Source of the DNA: Macrostomum lignano
Taxonomy: Eukaryota
Assembly (NCBI GenBank): GCA_002269645.1
Contig: NIVC01004903.1
Location: 1-31,890 of the forward strand
Direction: 5' to 3'
DNA: 31,890 nucleotides
The notes under the pieces: model-generated
Seen by the model: the letters and a program-made list of their open reading frames with translations, nothing else
The model's database searches: none
Told to the model about the DNA's origin: nothing
Part shown: piece by piece, positions 1 to 9,506 of the stretch
How the letters are laid out: every line of letters starts with the position of its first letter
Numbering within the stretch: the first letter of the stretch is position 1
Position numbers and translations under genes: made by a program

Positions 1-136
1 CCCAGCCAAATAGTAACCATGGCAACCAAACTGCTAGCGCGGCGGCGGCCGGCAACGCATTTTGCTTTCAACTTGGCGGTTTCAACGCTCATTTAGCGAG
101 ACAGAATTGACTGATCTTTGTTTGACCTTTTATAAG

Positions 137-193
137 GATGGCTTTCGGAAGCCAATGACACTGCAGGATTCTGCGATTGCTGATGGTGTTGAG
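137..193 (+). CDS. VPS13: VPS13-like exon (DGFRKPMTLQDSAIADGVE), phase 0-0
   Basis: Acceptor ttttataag at 135-136, donor GAG|gtgagc at 194; 19 open codons. Confidence 0.55.
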
Positions 194-3100
194 GTGAGCG
201 TTTGAAGGTCAAAAGTTTGTTAGCTTGCAAAGTTCCCCATTGGCTAGATTTTCACTGGGGATGTGGGGTGAAATTTTTATCCTTAACTGTGATCTAGTTG
301 TGAGATTTCGATCACATGGTGAGATTTTGCGCTTAGAGTGAGATTTAGAACATATAATGAGATTTTGATCACAGGGTAAGATTTTGATCAAAGGGTGAGA
401 TTTTAATCACAGGGTGAGAATTCTATCCCAAATTCGAATCTAGCGTGAGATTTTGATGCCGAACTGTGAGATTTTGTTCGGACAATGAAAATATTTTGTT
501 TAACTGTTGAACCTGTTGCCCCAACACTCGCAGCTGCTCAGCACCGAGACTATTTGTCTATCGCTGCCTGCTCCTACTTTGATCTTCAAATCACGACTCA
601 ATATTAGAATTGCTCCTTCCGCTGTGAGTAGCGCTGTTTCCATTGTCAACACTTGGCAACCGTTGCTAAGGCCTCAACAGACCGCTGGTGAGAGAGCAGT
701 TGTTATTTTAATGAGTCTTTTTTGTCCAAACCTTTGCCTTGAATTATTATTTAAAAAGAAATCAAACTACTTGAAGTAGTTTAAATGAGTTTGAAAAAGT
801 AATTCAATGTAGATTAGTTATTATTAAAACAAAATTGCACGCACACTTGCCTTAATATGAGTAGTTATTCTGTTTTTTGTCTTATTTTTTAAATATTTTC
901 ATTTCTCTGCCAAGTTTTTTTACAACACAAGTCGCCAATATTGCAGCCACCACCTCAGCGTCTCCAGCCTCATCTAAGATGGTAATGATAGATAGAAATA
1001 TTCTAATTACAAAACTCAAGCTCTGCTTGTTTGGCGCTAGTCAAATTTATCTACTCAATACCCACACCGTGTTAATGGTGTTGAATGTTTCTTTCTATAA
1101 TTTTGCATGCCTACTGAGTATTGAAGACTAATAAAAACTCTTGTTGAGTGTAGTGTAAATCTTTTTACCATAAACCACAGATAATAGAATTATCTAGATG
1201 GACAACTGAAGCAGGCACATTTACTAAGTAAAACAGCTTTCTACTTTCAGTTCAGTAGCAAAGAAGAATACATAAGCTGTTTTATAAATTTAAAGGCAGC
1301 TGAAATCACTTTGATAAGTTTAGAAGCCAAAGCTTGCAAGCGTAAACAACTTGCTAATTGGTTCTGCCACAATGTACATTGCCCAGTCCACTGAAATGTA
1401 CATGGCAGCTTTAGGCTGGAATTCCGAGAAAGGCAATAAAAATTGGGGCGGGCGGAGGGGTGGGGTAGTGTGGAAAGGCGCGGTTTGGGCTTTAAGCTGA
1501 GGGGGGTAAGAGCCAATAAATGAGTTTAAATGGCTTTAAAAATGCATTAGAATGCTTTAGTTTGACTTACTACTGAACTGAAAGTAGCTGGCACGCAAAT
1601 GTGCTGAGTGGCCCATTTAGTTATTATAGTATGTGCTTTAAACTGATTTAATCTGATTTGTTGTGACTGTTAATATAAAATACTACTGACATTTTAATTA
1701 CTAGTAGTATGTTGCGCGCGCGACTATTTTGCCAACAGTGTTCTGCGAAGTTATAATAAATTCCTAAATGACATTGCTAATTTGCAGTTTGGCAGCTTGA
1801 CTGTCGCTACAAATACCGTTTCCATGGTGATTGGCGACTCACCCACTGGCGCAGGCAGCGTTGCGTTTAGCCTTGACCATCTCACAGTTGGCTTTGAACA
1901 TGTGAGTGTGGGCCAGCATCTCTTTTAGCCGTAGTGTTCTGTCAGCATGTCTGTTTGGCTTTGCACCTGGCAATTGTCTCTCTCTGTGTTTTTGTATCCT
2001 CGTGTCTGTGTTCTTGTGTCCTCTTGTTGTGTTTTGGTTTTTGTGTCCTTGTGTCCTTGTCTCTTTATATCTGTGTCCTCGTGCCTTATATTTTCTTTGT
2101 GTCCTTGTGTCTGCATCTGTGCTGTGTGTCCTTTCTGTATCCTTGCATCTTTGTCTACACATTCCCATATTAACTGCAGGCCTCCTGCTCTGCGACCTTC
2201 GAACGCCCATCCGCCAGCGCCTCGCTGACCAGCACAAGCGCGGAACTCATTGAAGAGCCTCTGCTGATTCTGGAGACTCCTTCATCTGATAGCTATCAGT
2301 CGGCCTGCACTTATCCGCGATTCCAACTTGCGGCCAACTGGTCTGCCGATGTTACATCCGTAGTGCTGTCCTGTCCGCTTCACAGAATCTGCTTGGTCGT
2401 GTCGCCTGCCGTAGCCGCTGCGATCGCTCAGTTAGTCGAAAATTTGCGTCAAGCGTTTGCCGGAAGTAGACCAAGTACTAAAAATGACGATATCGGACGT
2501 GTACATGTCGCAGGAAATGAAACTGAACATGAACCACCTAATAGCTTTAATGGTAACGATTCTGGACAAGAGAAACCAACTGGAAATGGTTCCGATGACG
2601 CTAGTAAGTGCAAAAATCAAACCGGAACTATTTCTAGTAACGGAAATGGACGGAAAAATCGTACCGGAAGTGGTTCGAATGGAAATACAGTTCGAGAAAC
2701 TCGAACCAGAGGCGTGTCAGTTGACGGAACTAGACGCGAGAATCGAACCGGAAGTGGGTCAGGTGACGGAACTAGACGCGAGAATCGAACCGGAAGTGGG
2801 TCAGGTGACGGAACTAGACGCGAGAATCGAACCGGAAGTGGGTCAGGTGACGGAACTGGACGCGAGAATCAAACCGGAAGTGGGTCAGGTGACGGAACTA
2901 GACGCGAGAATCAAACCGGAAGTGGGTCAGGTGACGGAACTAGACGCGAGAATCGAACCGGAAGTGAGTCAGGTGACGGAACTGGACGTGAGAATCGAAC
3001 CGGAAGTGGGTCAGGTGACGGAACTGGACGTGAGAATCGAACCGGAAGTGGGTCAGGTGACGGAACTGGACGCGAGAATGGAACCGGAACCGGAAACGGA

Positions 3101-6100
3101 AGCCAAGCGTGGAAGTTCCGCGTCGACCTGCACAGCATTGGCATTCTGTTACGTTTGGATTCGAACCTACTAACAACAATGACAACGACGCCTGACGGCG
3201 CAGCTTGCCAGCGCTGCAGAGGCTCCGGCAGAGGCTGTAGAAACGTTGCCAACCTCAGCATCGACAACGTCGGTCCCGTATGGTTGAAAACCAAATTAAC
3301 TGGCGTCAAGCGTCGTTTCGTGCGATTGAAACCCGACGCAGCGGCTGCTGTCGAACGGCTTTACCGACGCTGGCTGTCTACGCCGGTCTCGTCGGTATTG
3401 TCAAATCAATCGTCAGTGGAGCTGGTCGATTCCGACCAATGGAGAGTCTGTTTTGAACAATTGGTCAATGACAACGCTATTACTTCTAGCAGTAGTATTA
3501 GCAGTAGTATGGAGGTCGGCATGACGATGTTACAGCCGAAATCGCGACGTCTCTACCGACGCTGCCTTCCTGGATTTGTCGGGCAAGTCGAATTTTCGCA
3601 ACAGCCTGACAAAGGAGAAGTTAATCGTCCAGTTCGATTCCAGATCAAGCTGGGCCGCTTGCAGGTGGACCAGTCGTGTCCTCAGGCGCCCGACCAGTTC
3701 AGGGTGCCGCTGTCCTTGAAGGCAAGGCCTAAAGCTGACGTCCTTGGTGAAGGTCGTCTTTTAGGAGCGGATTTGAAAGTCTGCATGGCTGCTGCCGGTT
3801 CTGCTGAAGTCGAGGATGATGGAGCGTGAGTCTGCTAATCTTCGATAATCTATCGCTAATTCTACATAATCCATCGCTAATCTTATATAATCCATCGCTA
3901 ATCTTCGATAATTCATCGCTAATCTTATATAATCCATCGCTAATCTTACATAATCCATCGCTTATCTTAGATAATCCATCGCTAATCTTAGATAATCCAT
4001 CGCTAATCTTACATAATCCATCGCTAATCTTAGATAATCCATCGCTAATCTTCGATAATATGTCGCTAATCTTAGATAATCCATCGCTAATCTTCGATAA
4101 TATGTCGCTAATCTTAGATAATCCATCGCTAATCTTCGATAATATGTCGCTAATCTTAGATAATCCATCGCTGATCTTACATAATCCATCGCTAATCTTA
4201 AATAATCCATCGCTGAATTTACATCACCCAGGTCTGCCCAGCCGCCACCGCTGCACATCTCTGAGATGTCGCTCGCACTCGGTCGCCTGGACCTCTGCTA
4301 CGACCCGGCGTTCTTCGTCCGCCTGCTGGCCACGCTGACGCCCCAGTCTGACGCGCCATCGAGCGGTGTTCGCATCGACCGGTTCCAACTGTTGCGCAAT
4401 CTGCGTTTGTACGCCGAAAATCTGCCGTTGCGAACGTCAGAATCTGCGGCCCAAGGCAACGGCTGGCGTCTTCGAGCCACGGTTCCCGCCGGCAACGCTC
4501 TCGGAGTCGCCTGGCCGGACAACGACGGTGGCGACGCCCAGCAGTGGGCCAGGAGGGAGTTCAAGCGGCTGATTAAGCGTCGGCCAGGGATGGCCGTCAC
4601 CCTGCCGCTGGGCTGCCTGCTCGGCACCTGTCGTGAGTTATTTTTCTATATTCTAATTTTTAGTTGATTTGTTGACGATATTACGCAGCAAATTTTATGG
4701 AAGAATCCAGGGCTTCCTCTAACGATTTTCTAAAAATTTCTTAGCGATTCCCCCGGAAGTCTCTTGGAATTTCCCAAAAAGTCCTCAGGGATTTCCCAGA
4801 ATTCCTCAGGGATTCCCCAGAATTCCTCAGGGATTCCCCCCAGAATTCCTCAGGGATTCCCCCAGAATTCCTCAGGGATTCCCCAGAATTCCTCAGGGAT
4901 TCCCCCAGAATTCCTCAGGGATTCCCCCAAAATTCCTCAGGGATTCCCCCAGAATTCCTCAGGGATTCCCCTAGAACTCCTCAGGGATTTCCCAGAATTT
5001 TTCAGGGATTGCTCCAGAAATTTCCAGAAAAAATCCAGAAAAACTCCCTAATCGTCTCCTAAAGATTTTTGCAAAAGATTTTCTCCTTCTCCATGTGGAA
5101 CGAAAATTTCCATGGTTGAATACTAGCGTTAATTTAGTTAAGAGTTCTGTCAAAGAACTTAAGCAAGATTGGTATTTGAAATTATCTAAAAAATTCCTAA
5201 AAATCGATTTTTTTGTAGTGCGTCGCAAAGAGTTTACACCTGTTCAACTGTCATCGTGGATGCAGTCGGCTCTGTCGTCAACAAAATCGACGCCGATTGC
5301 CATTGTCGATGTCGACGTGCCCGACAGTTCAGCGACGTCCGCTGCCGCGTTGCTTCATCAACTTGGTAGATGCTGTCCAAGCGAGCAAATTGTAGCCGTG
5401 GATTCGAACTCCGGACTACTGCTAACAACTGCTCGCCTGATTGAGCTGCACGTAGAGGCGGCTGGAGCTGCTGCAGCTTCAGTTCCGCCTGTGCGTCGTC
5501 AGTTCCGCTTGCTAACGCAACAGTCGGGTGACGGCGGGTGCAGCGACGGTGCTGATGCTGTTGAAAACGTTGAAGCCACCGTTGACGGCGTGCGGCTGCT
5601 GCCTGGCGGGGAGACCCTCGCCACTGGGCCTGAGTTTGCCAGGGTAAGTGTGGAGGCAAGTGCGGAAGCTTCTCGTAGGGGGTGTGAGAGTTAAGGACCA
5701 TAGACAGTCAGTGAAGAGGGATAGAGAGGTGGTGGGTGTGAGATATAAGGGCCATGGACAGTCATTGGGGAGGGATAGAAAGGTGGTGGGTGTGAGAGAT
5801 AAGGGCCATAGACAGTCAGTGGGGAGGGATAGAGGGGTGGTGGGTGTGAGAGATAAGGGCCATAGACAGTCAATGGAGAGGGATAGAGAGGTGGTGGGTG
5901 TGAGAGATAAGGGCCATAGACAGTCAGTGGGGAGGGATAGAGGGTGGTGGGTGTGAGAGATAAGGGCCATAGACAGTCAGTGGAGAGGGATAGAAAGGTG
6001 GTGGGGCATGAAGAAAAGGGTCATCGACAACGTGGTGGGGGTAGAAAGTCGCAAAGTTTGCCAGTTAGTAGAAACTAGACGGTTTGAAGCGATATGCAAG

Positions 6101-6253
6101 TGTGAAAATCGGTTTAGAGTGATCTGCAAGAGTGAAAAATATTTTTTTATATTATAACTTTTCGCATATGTGAGCTGAAGTAAATACATGTGTATAATTT
6201 TTTTTCAGAAATTCTTGGAACTAATGCTACCCGAAAACGACACGGCCTTTTAA
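137..6253 (+). CDS. VPS13: VPS13A/C-like bulk lipid transfer protein (RBG repeats, WWE-like insert, C-terminal PH-like domain), 5'-partial, spliced; lacks VAB and most of ATG2_C
   Basis: Hand-built exons 137-193, 534-687, 932-981, 1788-1901, 2180-3825, 4232-4632, 5219-5643, 6209-6253 have GT..AG boundaries with matching phases and total 2892 nt = 964 codons ending TAA. Motif order matches VPS13A as recalled: VDLHSIGILL (LALQDVGISL), VANLSIDNVGPVW (VAYIGITSSDVVW), MTMLQPKSRRLYRRCLPG (MKILQPHVIALRRNYLPA), FQIKLGRLQVD, ISEMSLALGRLDLCYDPAFF (IKYFKVLIQEMDLRLDLGF), TGPEFARKFL (KTPEDARWIL). Exon structure between 932 and 1788 is uncertain. Confidence 0.8.
245..480. repeat. Degenerate ~19-nt tandem repeat (GTGAGATTTTGATCACAGG) in intron 194-533
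   Basis: Recurrent TGAGATTTT core at ~19-nt spacing. Confidence 0.75.
534..687 (+). CDS. VPS13: VPS13-like exon (LLSTETICLSLP...NIRIAPSAVSSAVSIVNTWQPLL...), phase 0-1
   Basis: Acceptor cactcgcag at 532-533, donor G|gtgaga at 688. RBG-type strand then helix pattern. An alternative donor gtgagt exists at 624. Confidence 0.65.
932..981 (+). CDS. VPS13: VPS13-like exon (VANIAATTSASPASSKM), phase 1-0; may extend further 3'
   Basis: Acceptor acacaag at 930-931 matches the phase-1 donor at 688. The donor gtaatg at 982 is weak and the frame stays open to 1131. Confidence 0.45.
1788..1901 (+). CDS. VPS13: VPS13-like exon (FGSLTVATNTVSMVIGD...SVAFSLDHLTVGFEH), phase 0-0
   Basis: gctaatttgcag acceptor, donor gtgagt at 1902; 38 codons with alternating hydrophobic beta-strand pattern. 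Confidence 0.75.
1960..2160. repeat. Degenerate TGTGTC(CT) low-complexity repeat in intron 1902-2179
   Basis: Repeated tgtgtc/tgtgtt motifs with an almost A-free + strand. Confidence 0.75.
2180..3825 (+). CDS. VPS13: Large VPS13-like exon: RBG helix, low-complexity/repeat linker, WWE-like segment and last RBG strands; phase 0-2
   Basis: Acceptor taactgcag at 2178-2179, in frame with ORF 2363..3829. Donor gc|gtgagt at 3826 pre-empts the TGA. Confidence 0.85.
2722..3088 (+). repeat. Coding 42-nt tandem repeat (~9 copies; GSGSGDGTRRENRT)
   Basis: Directly visible in DNA and in the ORF 2363 translation. Confidence 0.95.
3833..4214. repeat. 21-nt minisatellite (ATAATCCATCGCTAATCTTAG), ~18 copies, fills intron 3826-4231
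   Basis: Direct tandem periodicity; ORFs 3826, 3761 and 3962 are 7-aa repeat read-throughs. Confidence 0.95.
4232..4632 (+). CDS. VPS13: VPS13-like exon (ISEMSLALGRLDLCYDPAFFVRLL...PGMAVTLPLGCLLGTC), phase 2-1
   Basis: Acceptor catcacccag at 4230-4231, donor gtgagt at 4633; in frame with ORF 4266..4667. Confidence 0.85.
4778..5015. repeat. 21-23-nt quasi-palindromic minisatellite (CCCAGAATTCCTCAGGGATTC with variable C-run), ~10 copies, intron 4633-5218
   Basis: Direct tandem periodicity; GAATTCC-TCA-GGGATTC dyad. Confidence 0.9.
5219..5643 (+). CDS. VPS13: VPS13-like exon, C-terminal PH-like region (GLLLTTARLIEL...TGPEFAR), phase 1-0
   Basis: Acceptor ttttttgtag at 5217-5218, donor AGG|gtaagt at 5644; in frame with ORF 5095..5694. 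Confidence 0.8.
5678..6005. repeat. 54-nt G-rich minisatellite, cluster 1 (~6 copies), intron 5644-6208
   Basis: GGTGGTGGGTGTGAGAGATAAGGGCCATAGACAGTCAGTGGGGAGGGATAGA periodicity. Confidence 0.9.
6209..6253 (+). CDS. VPS13: Probable terminal exon KFLELMLPENDTAF*
   Basis: Strong acceptor ttttttttcag at 6207-6208, phase 0, TAA at 6251-6253. It completes a PEFARKFLELM helix like the VPS13 C-terminal helix, and AATAAA follows. Confidence 0.65.
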   Translation, partial: KFLELMLPENDTAF

Positions 6254-6411
6254 TGGGTTTAATCTTCGAGGCTAGTTGGACAGACGATTTATGCATTAGA
6301 ATAAGATTATCGATTCATTATTTTGCTACAATTCATTTTTAATCAAATATTTTAAATCTCTACCTTTTAACTTGTTGTAATAATAGAATTTTATGCATGT
6401 TTTTATATATG

Positions 6412-6417
6412 AATAAA
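6412..6417 (+). promoter_or_regulatory. Candidate polyadenylation signal of the VPS13-like gene
   Basis: AATAAA ~160 nt after the stop, followed by T-rich sequence at 6445-6470. Confidence 0.4.
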
Positions 6418-6664
6418 TCTTACTCAACCAAGCAATCTATGATGTTTTTTTGTTTTTTTCCGCTTTTTGCCTGATTAAAAAACTATTTATCTTAGTTTTG
6501 TCAGAAGCTGCAATACTTACTATTGGATAGTTACTGTATTTATTTCACAAGAATTAATGCTACCGAATGTTCTCTAGCTGTAATTTATTCCAGTCAGGTT
6601 ACTACAAATGTTTATTGGCACTTAGTTTGACATTCAAAAGCAATCCTAAGGGGGGGCGATGACG

Positions 6665-7290
6665 TGTGAGATAAGGGGCATAAACAGGGGGTGCGATAGA
6701 TAAGGACCGTAGATAGAGGGGTGGTGGGTGTGAGAGATAAGAGCCATATACAGTCAGTGGGGAGGGATAGAAGGGTGGTGGGTGTGAGAGATAAGAGCCA
6801 TATACAGTCAGTGGGGAGGGATAGAAGGGTGGTGGGTGTGAGAGATAAGAGCCATATACAGTCAGTGGGGAGGGATAGAAGGGTGGTGGGTGTGAGAGAT
6901 AAGAGCCATATACAGTCAGTGGGGAGGGATAGAAGGGTGGTGGGTGTGAGAGATAAGAGCCATATACAGTCAGTGGGGAGGGATAGAAGGGTGGTGGGTG
7001 TGAGAAATAAAGGCCATAGGCAGTCAGTCAGTGGGCAGGGATGAAGGGGTGGTGGGTGTGAGAGTTAAGGGTCATAGACAGCAGTGAGGGTGGGATAGAG
7101 GGGTGGTGGGTATGAGAGATAAGGGTCATAGGCAGTCAGTGGGCAGGGATGGAGGGTTGGTGGGTATGAGAGTTAAGGGTCATAGGCGGTCAGTGGGGAG
7201 GGATAGGGGGGTGTTGGGTGTAAGAAATAAGAGCCATATGCAATTAGAAATAAGAACAGAAGGTGGTTGGATGGCAAAGATAAGAGCCAT
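6665..7290. repeat. 54-nt G-rich minisatellite, cluster 2 (~11 copies, degenerate ends), same family as 5678-6005
   Basis: Same consensus with AAGAGCCATATAC variant; ORF 6721 is an 18-aa repeat. Confidence 0.9.
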
Positions 7291-7825
7291 GAACTATTAA
7301 GATTGGGTCCTGCAATCAATTATTATCGCCAATCAATTATTTCACATGAGCAGCGTAATTTTAAGGTCAAAAACAGTACTTAATTGATTATAATAATATT
7401 TGTAAATTTGTCGCATACAATAAATGTTTAAAAAGTGTAACGAAATTTTACCTTCCTTAATTTTCTATTTACATGTTTGAATAAAATTAATTTACTGCTT
7501 ATAATTAGTGCCACACACACTCAGACTTTCTATTGTGCAATATGGAGTTAATCCAGCTTTTAATCGAATATTCCGACTTAGTCTTTGGTTTCTTATTTTT
7601 GAACTTTTTTAATTCTTAATTAATTCTTGCTTTAATTCTCCCACTCCGTACTCATGAGCCGCCAGTATTATTGTATATTATCGCGAAAAATATATAGCAA
7701 TTCTAATCATTGCGAATTCATTGTACTATTTTTTTCTCTTACTTATTTTTGTCACTTCATTACTAATAATTAGTAGTACCTGTTACTTCGACTTTCTAGT
7801 TGTTTTTTTTCATAATTATTTGAAG

Positions 7826-8228
7826 ACATCAAGACTCAATAAATGTCGCCAAAGTACATCAAGACTCGGTAAATGTCGCCAAAGTACATCAAGACTCAAT
7901 AAATGTCGCCAAAGTACATCAAGACTCGGTAAATGTCGCCAAAGTACATCAAGACTCGGTAAATGTCGCCAAAGTACATCAAGACTCGGTAAATGTCGCC
8001 AAAGTACATCAAGACTCGGTAAATGTCGCCAAAGTACATCAAGACTCAATAAATGTCGCCAAAGTACATCAAGACTCGGTAAATGTCGCCAAAGTACATC
8101 AAGACTCGGTAAATGTCGCCAAAGTACATCAAGACTCGGTAAATGTCGCCAAAGTACATCAAGACTCGGTAAATGTCGCCAAAGTACATCAAGACTCAAT
8201 AAATGCCGCCAAAGTACATCAAGACTCA
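7826..8228. repeat. 30-nt minisatellite (ACATCAAGACTC[GG/AA]TAAATGTCGCCAAAGT), ~13.5 copies
   Basis: Exact 30-nt period with two unit variants. Confidence 0.95.
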
Positions 8229-8411
8229 AGACTTAATGGTTATCGCTAAAGTACATCAAGACTTGGTGTTTCAGGTATGGCACATAGACAATGAAGTTGT
8301 CTTAATTAACACGTAGTTAATATGGCTATAAAATTTCTAGTTAAACGGTAAAGCAAGACCTAAATAAAAGACTACGCAGATTTTAAATCATCCAAAGTAT
8401 TGTATTTAAAA

Positions 8412-9475
8412 ATGATAAAAACATTTCTGAGCAGCCTTGGCTTAGCCCCAACCGAGCTGAGCCTGTTGAGCACAGCATCTCCGCCTCGAATCCTGTCGAC
8501 TCTGGTGGGAACAGGCCACTTCGAGCAGGGCATCTGGCGGTTGCCTTCGGGCGAGGCGGTTGCCTACGAGATCATCAACTGGGGCGACACGCACAGCAGC
8601 CGCAACCGTCTGCCCGCCTTCGATTCGTGCACTGACGGCGAGTCGAAGAAACTCTCTGGCATTCTAACGGAAGAGGAAGAACTGGTTGAGGATGAGAATG
8701 AGCTGTCAGATCAAGATGCAGAGGTTCCGTGCGCTTCTGCGAACGATTTGTGAGTTGTCGCTGGTGTGCTTATGCTGGGCTATGCAGTGACACCATGGTT
8801 TTAAGCCTATAGGATTCTTAATGTCCAATGGCATCATCCTCTCCTCTCCTCTCCTCTCCTCTCCTCTCCTCCCCTGTCCTCTCCTCTCCTCTCCTGTCCT
8901 CTCCTCTCCTTTCTCCTCTCCTCTCCTCTCCTTTCTCCTCTCCTCTCCTCTCCTCTTCTCTTCTCTTCTCTCTCCTCTCCTCTCCTCTCCTCTCCTCTCG
9001 CCTCTCCTCTCGCCTCTCCTCTCTTAGCTGGTCCGCAGTCCTTAGCTCAGGGCAGAAAAACTTTGCCGACCCCTGCAGTCCTGGGAATTTCAGTTGCCTC
9101 AGTGTTTTTCTGTCCCGCAGGCCGGGGCCGCCACTGCTCGACCGGCTGCCGCCAGACTGTCTGGCCCGAATCGCTGCCAGCCTCAACCTACTCGAACTGG
9201 CCCGCGTCTGCAAGGTTTCGCCAGCTTTTCGTCGCCTCTGCGGCGTCGTGGACGTCAACATCGACTCGCCGACAACCGACCGAGGCGCCAGCGACGCCTG
9301 CTGGGTTGAACGAATTCGACGCCATTTTGGCGCCGATTATCTGCGCAACTGTTGGGCGTTTGTTAATAAAGACACCTGCTGCGGTAGGAACCCGTTCGCG
9401 AGGCTCTACCTGCACGCGCTGCTGGGGCTGTACAGGGCTCAGCCTGAGCAGCTGCTCTTTGACGGACGTGCTCAA
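8412..9475 (+). CDS. F-box protein, 5' exons (8412-8749 and 9121-9475); substrate-binding domain not recognised
   Basis: Exon 1 is open from ATG 8412 (true start uncertain), has an acidic tract EEEELVEDENELSDQD and donor gtgagt at 8750 (phase 2). Acceptor tttttctgtcccgcag at 9119-9120 is phase 2. F-box motif LLDRLPPDCLARIAASLNLLELARVCKVSPAFRRLC at 9134-9241. Donor CAA|gtgaga at 9476 is phase 0. Confidence 0.8.
8839..9023. repeat. (CTCTC)n pyrimidine microsatellite in intron 8750-9120
   Basis: Pure C/T pentamer-type repeat. Confidence 0.95.
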
Positions 9476-9506
9476 GTGAGATTTGAAACCAGTTGAAAAT
9501 TATCCA

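Noticed and set aside
1251-1411. Extra VPS13 exon(s) between 981 and 1788
   Set aside because: Two different frames look plausible (FSSKEEYISCFINLK.. and KPKLASVNNLLIG..) and neither has a convincing donor; this cannot be decided without transcripts.
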